Notes: generated by a model from the letters alone, not told the origin. DNA of 64,000 nt from Planctomycetota bacterium (GCA_965223505.1 CBDCWP010000043.1:32213-96212), one strand, 5' to 3'. Positions 50,100-61,157 are shown, numbered from the stretch's first letter. Made by a program: numbers and translations.

Positions 50100-52298
50100 C
50101 TACTTGTCGTCCGGGGTCGTCAGCTCGACCTCCGCCGACGACACCGACGACGTATCGATCGCGCCGAGCACGACGCGCTTGCCTTCGCTGAGGATCGAGA
50201 GCTCGATCGTTCCCCGCGGGAGGCCGGCGAAGGCGAACGTCCCGAGCCGGACCGGCGCCGTCCACTCGATGCCGCGATGGCGTTCGTCCGTGGACGTCGC
50301 CCGGATCAGGCTCGCGTACCCCTTCAGCGAACCCGAGACGCGCACTCCGCGTTCGACGTGCAGGTCGACGTCGGCGCCTCGGCCGGCGACGGCGCGAACC
50401 GGCGGTCCCGACGGGTGGAAGGCCGAGTCCTGGCCGCCGGCGCGGAGACGAAACCTGTACGGACCGAGCATCGTGAAGGAGAAGCGACCCTCGCGGTCGG
50501 TCGTGACCATCTCGACGGTGCCGAGCGCGTCGGCCGGCGCGTCGATCGCCTCGGCCAGCACCGGAATGCCGTAGAGAACGGCCGATGCGTCGAGTCCGTG
50601 AACCTGCCCGTGAAGCGAGTGCGAGCGCTGAAGCGTCAGCGTCACGGCCTCGCCGCCGGGCGCGGTGTTCTCGGCAAACGCGTCGAGGAAGCCTTCGATC
50701 TGCGTCTGAACGGTGTAGGTCCTGCGCTGATCCACCAGCCCGAACGTGTAGCGTCCGTTGCCGAGGAGTTCCGCGGATCGAGCGGACGGATCGTGATCGC
50801 TCGTGAGCCACACGCCGCTCCCCACGGAGACCGGCGTGCCGTCTTCATCCGCCAAGGTCACGTCCAGTCGCCGTCCGCGCGGCATCGTCAGCACGACCGC
50901 GTCGCCCACGGCGACGCGCGCGCTAGCGTTCGCGAAGCCCTCGTCGAGGCGTTCACCGGGCTGCGCCGCGTGCGCGCCCGCAAGGACGTACTCGCCGTCC
51001 TTCGGGACACCGACGAAGCGAAAGCGCCCCTCTTCGTCCAGCGTCGTCGTGCGGCGGTAGACCCGGCGGCTCTCCGCGGAATGCGCGTGAACCTCGATGT
51101 TTCCGGTCACGGCGTTCCCGAGGTCGTCGACGACGCGCCCCTCGATGACCGCGCCCGTTCGCACGGCGAGCTGCAATCCGTGCGAACCGCTCTCGACGCC
51201 GGTCCAGGAGTGCGGCAGAAGCACGGCGCCTTCGCCGTTCTCCCGCTGGTTCCTCGCATGGACGACGCGCAGGATGTACCGCGCCTTGTTCAGCCCGCGA
51301 AGGACGAATCGTCCGCCGCCATCCGTGCGGGTCGTGATCTCGGACGCACCCAGCGGGCGACCGATCTCGCGGGCCCCGATCAGGATGCCGGCGACCGGTG
51401 CGGCGTGCGTTGCCGGAAGCAGCCTGCCCGAGATCCCGTCCGCGTGTGCGACGACATCGCCGGGCGCCGGATCGACCTCCGTGTTCGCATTCGCCCCGTC
51501 GGGTTCGCCCGACGGCACGGCCCGTCCGGCAAGACCGGGCGTCGCGCGATCCGTTCCGGCCAACGTCGTCGCGCCGTCCTCGGTCGTCGTCGAGTGCGTT
51601 GTCGTCGTGTCGTCGCCGGATCGCGCGAAGCTCAGCACACCGAATCCGACCGCGACGGTCACGGCCGCCGCCGCCACGACCTTGAGCGCGCCGCCGTTCG
51701 ACGCGAACCAGCCTTGCGCCGCCGTCGCGCCGGTCGCGGTCGCCGTCTCGAAGACCCCGTGCGGCAGCAGCAGCGGTGTCAGCGCCGCCATCCACGCGCT
51801 GCGGCCCCCTTCGTGATTGCGGTCCAGCCGCTCGCGCAGCTTGGCGCGCGCGCGGGCCAGCCGCGACTTCACGGTCTCGATCGACACGCCCTGGGTCTCC
51901 GCGATCGAGCTAAGCGAACGACCCCCGACGTAGCGGAACAGCACCGTGCTGCGATACGGCTCGGACAGCGAGAGCACGGCGTGGGTGACGCGCTCGTGCG
52001 TCTCGGCGCGTTGGGCGAGCTGCTCGGCGGTCGCCTCTTCGAATGCGGGCTCATCGAGCGGCGCGCTCCGCACCTTGCGCGCGCGGCTCTTGTCGTACGC
52101 GACGTTGCGCATCACCGTCGCCAGCCAGCCGCGGATCGAACGCCGGTGCCGCGGCGGCTTCCGGAGCGCGCGCAGCCAGACCTCTTGTTCGAGGTCGTCC
52201 GCACGGCTCTCGTCGCGGACGAGCTCGCGCGCGAGTCGCTTCAGCCAGCTGCGGTGCTGCAGCAGCTCGTCGAACGGAACCGGTGTGGCGTCAGCCAT
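50100..52298 (-). CDS. ECF-type sigma-70 family sigma factor fused via a TM helix to a large extracytoplasmic domain with carboxypeptidase-regulatory-like repeats
   Basis: Sigma region 2 (DLEQEVWLRALRK) and region 4 HTH (RSLSSIAETQGVSIETVKSRLARARAKLRE) in first ~190 aa; TM (LKVVAAAAVTVAVGFGVLSF); ~500-aa C-terminal beta-rich region. Confidence 0.75.
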   Translation of the reverse strand: MADATPVPFDELLQHRSWLKRLARELVRDESRADDLEQEVWLRALRKPPRHRRSIRGWLATVMRNVAYDKSRARKVRSAPLDEPAFEEATAEQLAQRAETHERVTHAVLSLSEPYRSTVLFRYVGGRSLSSIAETQGVSIETVKSRLARARAKLRERLDRNHEGGRSAWMAALTPLLLPHGVFETATATGATAAQGWFASNGGALKVVAAAAVTVAVGFGVLSFARSGDDTTTTHSTTTEDGATTLAGTDRATPGLAGRAVPSGEPDGANANTEVDPAPGDVVAHADGISGRLLPATHAAPVAGILIGAREIGRPLGASEITTRTDGGGRFVLRGLNKARYILRVVHARNQRENGEGAVLLPHSWTGVESGSHGLQLAVRTGAVIEGRVVDDLGNAVTGNIEVHAHSAESRRVYRRTTTLDEEGRFRFVGVPKDGEYVLAGAHAAQPGERLDEGFANASARVAVGDAVVLTMPRGRRLDVTLADEDGTPVSVGSGVWLTSDHDPSARSAELLGNGRYTFGLVDQRRTYTVQTQIEGFLDAFAENTAPGGEAVTLTLQRSHSLHGQVHGLDASAVLYGIPVLAEAIDAPADALGTVEMVTTDREGRFSFTMLGPYRFRLRAGGQDSAFHPSGPPVRAVAGRGADVDLHVERGVRVSGSLKGYASLIRATSTDERHRGIEWTAPVRLGTFAFAGLPRGTIELSILSEGKRVVLGAIDTSSVSSAEVELTTPDDK

Positions 52299-52339
52299 GA
52301 CTGTTCAAGTATGCACGGAACCGGATCGCCGGTCGGCGA

Positions 52340-53625
52340 TCAAGACCGATACAGACCGAGCTTCGTCTCCCGCGGCGTGTGGCCCTTGAAGAGCGACTTC
52401 GACGGATGCAGCTTCAGGTGGTCGTACAGCACCTCGCGGAACACGTCGCGGAAGTCGGTCGTGACCTTCAGATCGCGCTGGTTCGCCGACAGATCCCAGT
52501 CGCCGTACACCCTCTTGCCGGCGATCTTCCCGCCGATCAGATACATGTTGCTGCCGTGGCCGTGATCGGTGCCGAAGTTGCCGTTCTCGCGGTTCGTGCG
52601 GCCGAACTCGGTCATCAGCATGAGGGTGACGTTGTTCTTCATGCCGTCGATGTCGCGCATGAACGTCTCGCACGCGAGCCCCATCTGCGTGAGCATGACG
52701 CGGATGCGGTCCTGCTCGGACGCCCCGCCCTCTTCGATGTGATGGTCCCAACCATTCCAGTCGATGGCGATGCACTGCACGCCCTGGCCCGACTTGAGCA
52801 CGCGCGCGGCGAGCTTGAGCTGCTGCCCGAGCCGGCCGGCGCCGGCGGGGTACGCCGTGACCTTGCCGCGCTCCTTCGTCTCGAGGATCTCCTCGAGCTT
52901 GCGCAGCGTTTCGATGGTCGTTCGACCGTTCTGGGTCAGCTCGTCCTCGTCGGGGCGGTTCTCCGTCATGCCCGGCCGCTTCATCGACGGCGGGCTGCCG
53001 TACACCTCGTCGAACAGGTCGAGCACATCCTCCTCACCCCGGCGGCGTCCGCCTCTGAGCATCTGATCCGGCACTGCGAGCACCGGGTACTTCCCCCTCA
53101 TCGAGCGTGGCAGCCGGCCCTGCATGGCGACTGCCCGGAATTCGCCTTCGGCGCCGTCCGGACCGGACGTCGCCGACAGGAATCGGTTGAGCCATCCGTC
53201 GCGCACCGACTTGTCGCCCGGCGCGCCGTACTCCATGAAGTCCTGGCAGTCGAAGTGACTGCGTGACGGATGGTGCATGCCGACGTTGACGATCGGCGCC
53301 AGGAGGCCCTTGTCCCACAGCGTCTTGAAGCCCGTCAGCCCGGGGTTCAAGCCGAAGCGTCCGTCGAGGTCGATGGCCCCGTTCTCCTCGTTCGGCGGCG
53401 GCACCGCGATGTTCGGACGCATGTCGTAGTACTTGCCCTCGGTGTAGGGCACGAGCGTGTTCAGCGCGTCCTGCCCGCCCCGCAGGAACACCGCGACGAC
53501 GGCCGGCTTCACCGCGATCTCCCGTTCGGGCGCAGCGGCGGCTCGCTTGGCCAGCGCGCCGTAGAACGTCATGCCGGCCAGTCCGGCGGCGCCTGCCGCC
53601 AACAGCTCACGACGGGTGGATGCCA
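52340..53625 (-). CDS. DUF1501 domain protein (Tat-exported, sulfatase-like fold)
   Basis: Tat signal MASTRRELLAAGAAGLAGM; DUF1501 consensus ...FLRGGQDALNTLVPY...; AGGAGA RBS. Confidence 0.85.
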
Positions 53626-53649
53626 TGTGAATCTCCTCTTGCGTAGCGT

Positions 53650-55291
53650 CTACTGGCGCTGGAACTCGGGCGAGCCCAGCAACAGCGTGACGAGCACGCT
53701 CAGCTCCTTGCGCAGCTCGTTCGGCCGCATCTTTCGGTACGTGGCGCCGAGCTTCGCGAGACGCTTGCGGAAGTGCGCGAGCGTCAGGGAGCCCGGGGGT
53801 TGGTTGGCGAAGACCGATTCGATCAACAGCGACTCCCAGGTGTCGGGCGTCTGCCGCGCGTGGTCCAGAATGCCGCTCTGCGACACGCGCACCCCGGCGA
53901 CCCGGTCGAAGAGCAGGTCGTACGCCAGCCGCCAGCGGACGGCCAGCACGCCGGGATCGATCCAATCGGCGGCGAGGTCGCTGTAGCCGGTCGGGTCCTC
54001 GCACGAGTAGATCGGCTGCTGCATGTCCGTGAGCCGTTCGAGCAGCATGCCCGCGTCCTTGACGTCGGCGTCGGCGACGCGCAGGCAGCTGATGACGAAC
54101 TCGAACGGGGTCTTCGACTTCGAGAGCACGGCTTCCCTCGCGTAGAAGTCGTCGTGCAGCAGGATGGCGCGGGTCACCTCTTTGAGGTCGCCTTTGGTCT
54201 TGGCCCACACCTTGACCACGTCGGCGACGAGCTTGGATGTCGGCTCGTCCCTTGGCCAGGTAGCGCGCCATCTTGCTCACCACGAACTCCCGCGTGTTCT
54301 TGTGCCGCGCGAGATGACGAACGGCGTCTTCGCCCTCTTCGATGCCACCGCTCTTGAACGTGCGCCGCATGACGCGCTTCGAACCCTGCGCGTGGTAGTT
54401 CCCGCGGAAGAGGAACCGGCCGTCCTGGATCGACCAGCCCGTGAGCAGCAGCGAGAGCTGGATGACGTCGTTCTGGTCGTAGCCGTTGTCGACGCCGACG
54501 GTGTGAAGCTCCATGAGCTCGCGGGCGTAGTTTTCGTTCAGACCGTTCGTTCGATCTTCGTCGCGGCCTTGCAGGACACGCTGCCCACGCGCCAGCGGCG
54601 CCTGGGACACGTGGTTGTCGAGATAGAAGAGCATCGCCGGGTGCTTCGCCGTCGCCATGAGGAACGTCTCGAAGTCGCCGAAGACGTGCTTGCGGAGCAC
54701 TTCGCGTTCCCAGTCGGCGATGTGGTACCGAACGGCGCCCTTGTTGACGTCGACGTTGAAGTGATTGCGCCAGAAGTCGACCATGACCTCCTGGAGCTGA
54801 CGTTCGCTGTAGACCGCGCGCAAGATGACGGCGCGTGGAATCTCGCGCCGCGCAAGGTCCTGGATGCGATTGATCTCGCGTTGGCGCATGCGCGCGAGCG
54901 CGACGCGGTCCTCGCCTTCGCCGGGGGGCCGGACGGGCGGCACGTCTTCGCGCAGCATCCGGATGAAGTCGGCCCCGTCGAGCTTGAGGCTCTCGAACGA
55001 CGCGAGGCGCTGGTCGACGACCGGATCGGGAATGCGCGACGGCTTGAGCTGGCGGTCGATCCAGCCTTCGATGCCCAGCTCGCGCACCTCGGCGACGTCC
55101 CGGGGACGCGGGCCGAACGTGGCCCGGCGCAGGAGGTGGCGGATGCGCGCCTCGGAGCCCCGATCCGACGTGACCGTGCCGTCCGCGGCTGCGCGGCGGG
55201 CGCCGACTGCGACCGCCGTAAGTCCGGCTGCGACAAGCGGTAGGGCCCTGCGCCCGCGCGTGCTCGGGGATGTCCCGTCCTCGGTGTTCAC
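53650..55291 (-). CDS. DUF1800 domain protein, apparent +1 frameshift in CCC/GGG run near 54249-54251
   Basis: N-terminal part (frame of long ORF) ...REFVVSKMARYLAKG and C-terminal part (53650..54219 ORF) ...VKVWAKTKGDLKEVTRAILLHDDFYARE join cleanly if one G is removed (YLAKDEPTSKLVADVVKVW); GTG start with Tat-like N-region assumed. Confidence 0.7.
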
Positions 55292-55358
55292 ACAAGAGAA
55301 ACGGACGAGGCGACCCCGCGGGTGCAGCGAACTGCACCCGCGGGCAGGGGCGGGCGTG

Positions 55359-56264
55359 CTAGCGGGCCGGCGGCAGCACGAAGGCGCCCGCGAACGCCTC
55401 GCGATGGGCACGCACGAACGACGCCAGCGACTGCGCGGGCGCGCCGGTCACGCGCTCCACCGTATCGGTCCGGACGTCGAAGACGCCGTCCTTGTGGTCC
55501 TGGGCGACGTGCTCGAGGTGCGCGACGAGGTACGCCGGCAGGCCCTTGCGGCGAAGGACCCCGCCCCACATGTCGATGGGCAGCTCCACGTACTCGACGG
55601 CCGAGCCGGTCTCCGCCGTCAGCACCTGCGTCATCTCCGCGATCGTCAGGTTGTCGGGGCCGGTCAGGACGAGTCGCTCGCCGAGGTAGGGTCCGGGGTT
55701 CTCGAGCAACGCGACGACGACCCGCGCGATGTCGGACGCCGCCACGGGAGCGTGCCGTTCGTCCCCGTACGGCAGGTACAGCTTGCCTTCGCTCGCGATG
55801 CTCTCCACCCCGAACATCAGCAGGTTCTCGGCGAAGTACGTCGGACGGATGTGGATCGCGCCGACGCCGGCCCAGTCGAACACGTTCTCGGAAAGCCAGT
55901 GGGCCCTGGTGAGCGGGCTCGGAGCGTCGTCGCGCGAGGTCAGCTGCGACATGTTCACGACGGCGTCGACGCCGGCCTCCTTGGCCGCCACGGCGAAGAT
56001 CGCCGACGCGTCCACCAGCCGGTCGCCCTGGGGCGGATAGCAGAAGTAGGCGCGACGAACGCCTTGCATGGCATCGCGAATCGAAGCGAGGTCGGTGAAG
56101 TTGCCGACGACGATCTCGGCGCCGCGTTCGGCGAGTCGCTCGGAGCGTTCGTCGTGCTGGCGCACCATGGCGCGGACGGGGAAGCCGCGCTCGAGCAGCT
56201 GCGCGACGACCAACGCACCGGTCTTGCCTGCGGCGCCGGAAACGAGAATCGGGGGGTTCGACAT
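55359..56264 (-). CDS. NmrA-family NAD(P)H-binding protein
   Basis: Rossmann motif ILVSGAAGKTGALVVAQLLERG; NmrA-like length; AAGGAG RBS. Confidence 0.8.
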   Translation of the reverse strand: MSNPPILVSGAAGKTGALVVAQLLERGFPVRAMVRQHDERSERLAERGAEIVVGNFTDLASIRDAMQGVRRAYFCYPPQGDRLVDASAIFAVAAKEAGVDAVVNMSQLTSRDDAPSPLTRAHWLSENVFDWAGVGAIHIRPTYFAENLLMFGVESIASEGKLYLPYGDERHAPVAASDIARVVVALLENPGPYLGERLVLTGPDNLTIAEMTQVLTAETGSAVEYVELPIDMWGGVLRRKGLPAYLVAHLEHVAQDHKDGVFDVRTDTVERVTGAPAQSLASFVRAHREAFAGAFVLPPAR

Positions 56265-56277
56265 GGGAGACTCCTTT

Positions 56278-56291
56278 GTTGTATATACAAC
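56278..56291. promoter_or_regulatory. AT-rich perfect palindrome GTTGTATATACAAC (copy 1) between MarR stop and NmrA start
   Basis: Identical 16-mer TGTTGTATATACAACT also at 56804..56819; strongly AT-rich in a GC-rich genome; putative MarR operator. Confidence 0.5.
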
Positions 56292-56329
56292 TAGAATGAG
56301 AAAAAAGGGGATTGATGAAAGGGGGGAGG

Positions 56330-56791
56330 TCAGACGTCGCTGCCGCGGCGCCAAGCTGCGTTTGCTGCCTCGCTCACGGCCTTCGTGCCTTGCGTCCCGA
56401 GCAGCGCGCGCGCCTCGGACTGCGCCTTGCGCCACGCGGGGCCCGCCTTCTCGAGCAGCCTCCGGCCCTTGGCCAGGAGCGAGAGTTGCTGTTGGTTGCC
56501 GGACGCCGCTTGGCGGGCGGCGAGCCAGCCCTGCTTGCGCATGCGCTCGACGGTGCGGCTCATCGTCGACTTCTCGATGTTCAGGAGCGACGCGACGGCG
56601 CCGGGCGCGATGGGGCCGCGGCGCGCGATGACGGCGAGGATGCTCATCTGGCCGGCCGTGAGCCCGACCGGGGCGAGCGCCTTGTTGTAGATGCCCGTGA
56701 TCGTGCGGCTCAGCACCCGCGTACGCAGCGCGATGCAGCCGGCGCTCATCTCCGCCGCAAGCTTCTCGATGTCGGGGGGCCTGCCTGTCAT
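56330..56791 (-). CDS. MarR family transcriptional regulator
   Basis: Winged-helix region LTAGQMSILAVIARRGPIAPGAVASLLNIEKSTMSRTVERMRKQGWL. Confidence 0.85.
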   Translation of the reverse strand: MTGRPPDIEKLAAEMSAGCIALRTRVLSRTITGIYNKALAPVGLTAGQMSILAVIARRGPIAPGAVASLLNIEKSTMSRTVERMRKQGWLAARQAASGNQQQLSLLAKGRRLLEKAGPAWRKAQSEARALLGTQGTKAVSEAANAAWRRGSDV

Positions 56792-56804
56792 GGTTGCCTC
56801 GTAG

Positions 56805-56818
56805 TGTTGTATATACAA
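56805..56818. promoter_or_regulatory. palindrome GTTGTATATACAAC (copy 2) 14 nt upstream of MarR start, in divergent intergenic region
   Basis: See copy 1. Confidence 0.5.
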
Positions 56819-56938
56819 CTGATGCGTCCCGAGGCGAGGGGGTTTCCGGTTTTCGAGAATTCGTGCCCGCGTTCCCGTGGGCGCGGCGTCCAGCGCGTGC
56901 GTGGTACCCTGCGCGGCCCGCACGGCAGGTGGCCATCG

Positions 56939-58420
56939 ATGTTTGCAAGACCGCTTCGCAGAACGGCTTGGGTGCTGGTCGCGCTGTGCGCCGGCGCCGT
57001 GCCGGCCGGCGCCGAAGAGGACCTCGACGCGCGCTGGCAACGCCTGCGCAAGGCGTCCATGGAGCGCGTTCACGAGCTCATCGCCTGGTGTGGGACGAAG
57101 AAGCTGTTCGGCTGCCGGGCCGACGCTTGCGAAGGGGTCCTGACGATCGCGCCCGACGACCCGATCGCCCGCAAGTGGCTCAAGTACAGGCGCGCCAACG
57201 ACGGCACGTGGTACCGCAAGGGAAAGTGGACGCGCCCGCGGAATCTCTCGAAAGGGCAGGACAAGTTCGAACAGCGCCGCGAGGAGCTCGGCGAGTGGTA
57301 TCTCAGAGAAGCTGCGCCGATCTTGGACGAAGCCGAGGAAGAGGGGGCATTCCGCCTGCGCGCCAAGCTCATCGCCACCGCGTTGGCCGTCGATCCGGAG
57401 AGTGCGACCTTCAGGGACTGGAATCACGAGGTGCGCGACGGGGACGAGTGGATCCTGCTCGAGACCCGGAACGCCCGCACGCGCCGCAAGGGACTCAAGG
57501 AGACCGCCGAGAAAGCGATCGAGGCCGTGCCCAAGCCCTCCTGGGTCGCGGCGCGAGTCGAGGACAAGATCGGCGGAGTCAAGTGGTCCGCGGTTCTCGC
57601 GGTCCCCCGGGTACGGGTTCTCGGAACGCCACCGAGCGCCGAGCTCGCGGAGACTCTTCGTTTCGTCGACGCTTCGTGGCCGGTGGTCGAGTACGCGGTC
57701 GGGCTCCGCGCGCCCGGCTACGGAGCCTCCGGCAAGTATGCCGAAGCGGTGACGATCTACTCGTTCGACAGTGTTCTGGAGGGTAATCGCTTCTATGCGA
57801 AGCAGCCCGGCGTCACTGCGCGCGACGTCGAATTCACAGCGGAAACATGTGGGTCCTGGCTGCCGGGCCGCGATGCGGCAATGGCCAAGGCCGAAGATGA
57901 GGCGACGAGACACGAGGCGGCCACGACGCAGGTCGTCAGCCACCACCTCGCCCGCCTCTTGGGCTTGGGCGTTCGCCACGCGTGGATCGCGGAAGGAATG
58001 GGGATCTACCTGACGTGGCAGATCACTGGCACGCGCATGCTGTATAGCGTCAACGACGTCGAGTCGAAGTATGCGGAGAAGGACAAGCCGATTCCGGAGT
58101 ACGAAGAGCGCATGAGCGACGGCAAGGCGAGCTGGCTAGCGCTGGGGCGTGCGCTGCTCAAGAGCGAAGACAAGCCGGAAGTCCACCTCATGACGGGCAA
58201 GAACTTCAACGACCTCACGAAACCCGAGGTGCTGTATGCGTACTGCGTGTCCGCCTATGTCGTCGAGGGGTGGCCGGAGAAGGCCGCAGCGTTCCTGCGC
58301 GAGGCCGGCGGCCGCGACGGCAACGACCTCGACCTCGTCTGTCTGAAGGCCCTGGGGTTCGACGCGGCCACGTTCGAAGCGCGGCTGCTGCGTTGGCTTC
58401 GCGAGACCCGGCGGCTATGA
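56939..58420 (+). CDS. secreted hypothetical protein (493 aa)
   Basis: Signal peptide MFARPLRRTAWVLVALCAGAVPAGA; divergent from MarR. Confidence 0.55.
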   Translation: MFARPLRRTAWVLVALCAGAVPAGAEEDLDARWQRLRKASMERVHELIAWCGTKKLFGCRADACEGVLTIAPDDPIARKWLKYRRANDGTWYRKGKWTRPRNLSKGQDKFEQRREELGEWYLREAAPILDEAEEEGAFRLRAKLIATALAVDPESATFRDWNHEVRDGDEWILLETRNARTRRKGLKETAEKAIEAVPKPSWVAARVEDKIGGVKWSAVLAVPRVRVLGTPPSAELAETLRFVDASWPVVEYAVGLRAPGYGASGKYAEAVTIYSFDSVLEGNRFYAKQPGVTARDVEFTAETCGSWLPGRDAAMAKAEDEATRHEAATTQVVSHHLARLLGLGVRHAWIAEGMGIYLTWQITGTRMLYSVNDVESKYAEKDKPIPEYEERMSDGKASWLALGRALLKSEDKPEVHLMTGKNFNDLTKPEVLYAYCVSAYVVEGWPEKAAAFLREAGGRDGNDLDLVCLKALGFDAATFEARLLRWLRETRRL

Positions 58421-58445
58421 GCCGGCGTCGCCGGCACGATCTGTC

Positions 58446-59774
58446 CTAGCTGCCCGAAGGCGGCGCTCCGGCCGAGCACGCCGGGGGAACGTTTGCGGCG
58501 CAGGTGCCGCCAGGTGCCACGCCGGCATCGAGCGTCGAGCGGTTCCACGGCGCCTTGGCGAGCAGCAGCCCCATCCCGCACCAGTCCGTGACGCCCGCGA
58601 AGATCTGGCCGGCGCCGATGAACGCGGCCATCGCGATGAAGGCCGGATGCACGAAGAGGCTCAGCGCGACGCCCGTGAGAACCAGCGATCCGGCAACGAT
58701 CCGCACCTGCCGCTCGAGCGACATGCGCTCGCCGGTCTGCAGCGTCTGGCCGCCGGCGGATCGATACGCCTCGATGCCGCCCTCGATCACGCTCGTGCCC
58801 GCGATGCCCAACTCGCTCAACAGCTTTTGCGCCATCGCCGCGCGGCTGCCCGTGCGGCAGATGATGAGACGCGGCGCCGGCGTCGCCCTCACCTCGTCCG
58901 CGCGAGCCTTGATCTGATCCAACGGAACGAGGCGTGAGCCCTCGACGCGTTCGCTCTCGAACTCCATGCCCGTGCGTACGTCGATCACGCTGCTCGCGCC
59001 GCCGTCGTTGACCAGTGCAGTCGTCTCGGCTGCCGAGATGCGCTCGGGAATGTCGACACCGTTGCGGTTGAGCTCGAGCAAAGCGTCCATGTTGGCGGGA
59101 CGCGGCGGCTTGTTGGCGCTGAGCTGAGCGGCGAACGTGGCGCGATCGTCGATCGCAAGCCACGGGTTCGAGGCGCGCTCCTCGCCGATCGTGCTCTCGA
59201 TCCGGCCCTCGTAGTCGTGCCCAGGGTAGAGGATCGTCTCGTCCGGCAGGTCCTGCAGGATCGCGTGAATCGAGTCGAAGAGCTGCCCGGCGTCGCCGCC
59301 GAGGAAGTCCGTGCGCGCGACGCCGCCGATGAACAGCGTGTCGCCGGCGAACAACACGCCTTCGCTGAGCAACACGATGTGGTCGGGCGTGTGGCCCGGC
59401 GCGTGACGCACCGTCACGGCCGTGTCGCCCAGGTGCAGCGCCTCGCCGTCGGCAGGGTGGCGCGCCACGCCGACGTGCTGCGCGAGCTCGTGGGCGATCC
59501 GCGTCGAGCCGAAGCGTTCGGCGACCGCGCCTGCGCCGGACGGATGGTCGGCATGGGTGTGCGTGTCGACGACGTAGGGCAGGGTCCAGCCCTCGGCCTC
59601 GACGCGCGCGATGACGTCGTCGACGAGGTCGAGGTGGACGTCGATTGCGAGCGCCTGCTTGCTGGCCGGATCCGCGGCGAGATAGGTGCGGCAGCCCTGG
59701 GGGTGGGCGAGCGCGGCGATCCGAAGCGCGCCGACGGCCTTGGCGGGCTCCGGCTTCAGGGTCGTGGTGGTCAT
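58446..59774 (-). CDS. MBL-fold (persulfide dioxygenase/ETHE1-like) + rhodanese + DUF2892 membrane-anchor fusion protein (Blh-like)
   Basis: HTHADH metal-binding motif; rhodanese active-site loop ICRTGSRA; C-terminal 2-TM YgaP/DUF2892-like tail. Confidence 0.8.
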   Translation of the reverse strand: MTTTTLKPEPAKAVGALRIAALAHPQGCRTYLAADPASKQALAIDVHLDLVDDVIARVEAEGWTLPYVVDTHTHADHPSGAGAVAERFGSTRIAHELAQHVGVARHPADGEALHLGDTAVTVRHAPGHTPDHIVLLSEGVLFAGDTLFIGGVARTDFLGGDAGQLFDSIHAILQDLPDETILYPGHDYEGRIESTIGEERASNPWLAIDDRATFAAQLSANKPPRPANMDALLELNRNGVDIPERISAAETTALVNDGGASSVIDVRTGMEFESERVEGSRLVPLDQIKARADEVRATPAPRLIICRTGSRAAMAQKLLSELGIAGTSVIEGGIEAYRSAGGQTLQTGERMSLERQVRIVAGSLVLTGVALSLFVHPAFIAMAAFIGAGQIFAGVTDWCGMGLLLAKAPWNRSTLDAGVAPGGTCAANVPPACSAGAPPSGS

Positions 59775-59834
59775 CTGTCGTCTCTCCCGATGTGATCCCT
59801 TGTATTTATGAACATTTGCTCATATAGTCAAGAA

Positions 59835-60182
59835 ATGACCCAGCGAGCGACCAAGGCCGGCGGACTCCCTGACGTGCTGCTGGGGGAGGTGGCCCGGCGG
59901 TTCCAGGCCCTCTCGTCGGTGAGCCGCTTGAAGATCGTGAACGCCCTGATGGGCGGGCCCCTGGCCATGTCGGCGCTGCAGGCGGCCACCGGGTTGGAGC
60001 AGAGCAACCTCTCGCGGCAGGTCGCCGAGCTCGAGCGGGCGGGCTGCGTGGCGCGGACTCGCGACGGACGCCGGGTGACCGTCGAGATCGCGGACCCGAC
60101 CCTCGAAGCGCTCTGCCACCTCGTGTGCGGCTCGCTGAAGGAGCGCGCCGAGGCCTCCCAGGCCCGCTACCGAGCGCTCTGA
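59835..60182 (+). CDS. ArsR/SmtB family transcriptional regulator (BigR/SqrR-like candidate), divergent from Blh-like gene
   Basis: HTH LKIVNALMGGPLAMSALQAATGLEQSNLSRQVAELERAGCV; Cys residues in AGCVAR and ALCHLVCGS; start could be 59808. Confidence 0.75.
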   Translation: MTQRATKAGGLPDVLLGEVARRFQALSSVSRLKIVNALMGGPLAMSALQAATGLEQSNLSRQVAELERAGCVARTRDGRRVTVEIADPTLEALCHLVCGSLKERAEASQARYRAL

Positions 60183-60224
60183 CGATTCCGGCGGACAGTG
60201 TGCTTTCGGCTTGACCCGCGGATA

Positions 60225-60248
60225 ATATGTGACTAAAAGGTCACATAT
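60225..60248. promoter_or_regulatory. perfect inverted repeat ATATGTGAC-N6-GTCACATAT overlapping start of second ArsR gene
   Basis: 9-bp arms, 6-nt spacer, AT-rich; typical ArsR-type operator geometry. Confidence 0.45.
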
Positions 60249-60612
60249 GAACGCAACGCGCCGATCCCCGTCCCGTCCCTCGCGTCCAACGGCACGTGAT
60301 CGCGAAGACCTCGTCTGGAAGGCCCTCGCGCATCCGCACCGAAGGCGCATCCTCGATCTGCTGCGCAAGCGCGCGCGCACGACGGGGGAGCTGGCCGCCG
60401 CGTTCGACGAGTCACGTTTCGCGACGATGAAGCACTTGCGTCTGCTGGAAGACGCCAAGCTCGTCGTCGTCCAGCGCCGCGGCCGCGAGCGTTGGAACCT
60501 GCTCAATCCCGCGCCGATTCGATCCATCTACCGGCGCTGGATTCGACCGTTCGAGGAGGAGAGTGCCGATTGGCTGCTCCGCATCAAGGACTTCGCAGAG
60601 GAGAAGAAATGA
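60247..60612 (+). CDS. ArsR family transcriptional regulator
   Basis: ALAHPHRRRILDLLRKRARTTGELAAAF...MKHLRLLEDAKLV HTH_20 signature; alternative GTG start 60229. Confidence 0.75.
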   Translation: MNATRRSPSRPSRPTARDREDLVWKALAHPHRRRILDLLRKRARTTGELAAAFDESRFATMKHLRLLEDAKLVVVQRRGRERWNLLNPAPIRSIYRRWIRPFEEESADWLLRIKDFAEEKK

Positions 60613-61106
60613 CCAAGCCCGTACAAGTGATCGAACACGTTCAGGAAATCGAGATCGACGCGACGCCCGACAAAGTGTGGCACGCGCTCACACACGAAAC
60701 GCATCGTTGGTGGCACCCCGGATTCTTCACGAGCGAGCAAGCCATCGGCTATCACATCGAGCCGAAGCTCGGCGGCCGCGTGTACGAAGACTGGGGCGAC
60801 GGCCAGGGACAGATCTGGTACACGGTGACCGGCCTCTCCACCGGCAAGCACATCCAGCTGGCGGGAGACATGGACGCCAACTACGGACCCGCGCGCATTC
60901 AGACGACATTCCGGATTCAACCCCGTGACGGCGGGTGCACCTTGCGCCTCGAGGAGTGCCTGGTCGGGCGCGTCGACGAGTCGACGAGCAAGAGCCTGGG
61001 CGGCGGTTGGCAGACGCTGCTCGGCGGTTGTCTGAAGGTGTTCGCCGAGACCGATGCGCCGCCGGCAGAGTGGCCGGAGGTCGCGGCGTGCGGCGCGGCC
61101 TCCTGA
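60609..61106 (+). CDS. SRPBCC (AHSA1/Aha1-like START-fold) protein
   Basis: IEIDATPDKVWHALTHETHRWW... typical AHSA1-domain N-terminus; ATGA overlap with ArsR stop. Confidence 0.7.
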   Translation: MTKPVQVIEHVQEIEIDATPDKVWHALTHETHRWWHPGFFTSEQAIGYHIEPKLGGRVYEDWGDGQGQIWYTVTGLSTGKHIQLAGDMDANYGPARIQTTFRIQPRDGGCTLRLEECLVGRVDESTSKSLGGGWQTLLGGCLKVFAETDAPPAEWPEVAACGAAS

Positions 61107-61157
61107 ATCGCGCGTCTTCTTGAAATGCGCGCGCCTCGACCGGCAAGGTAGGGATGG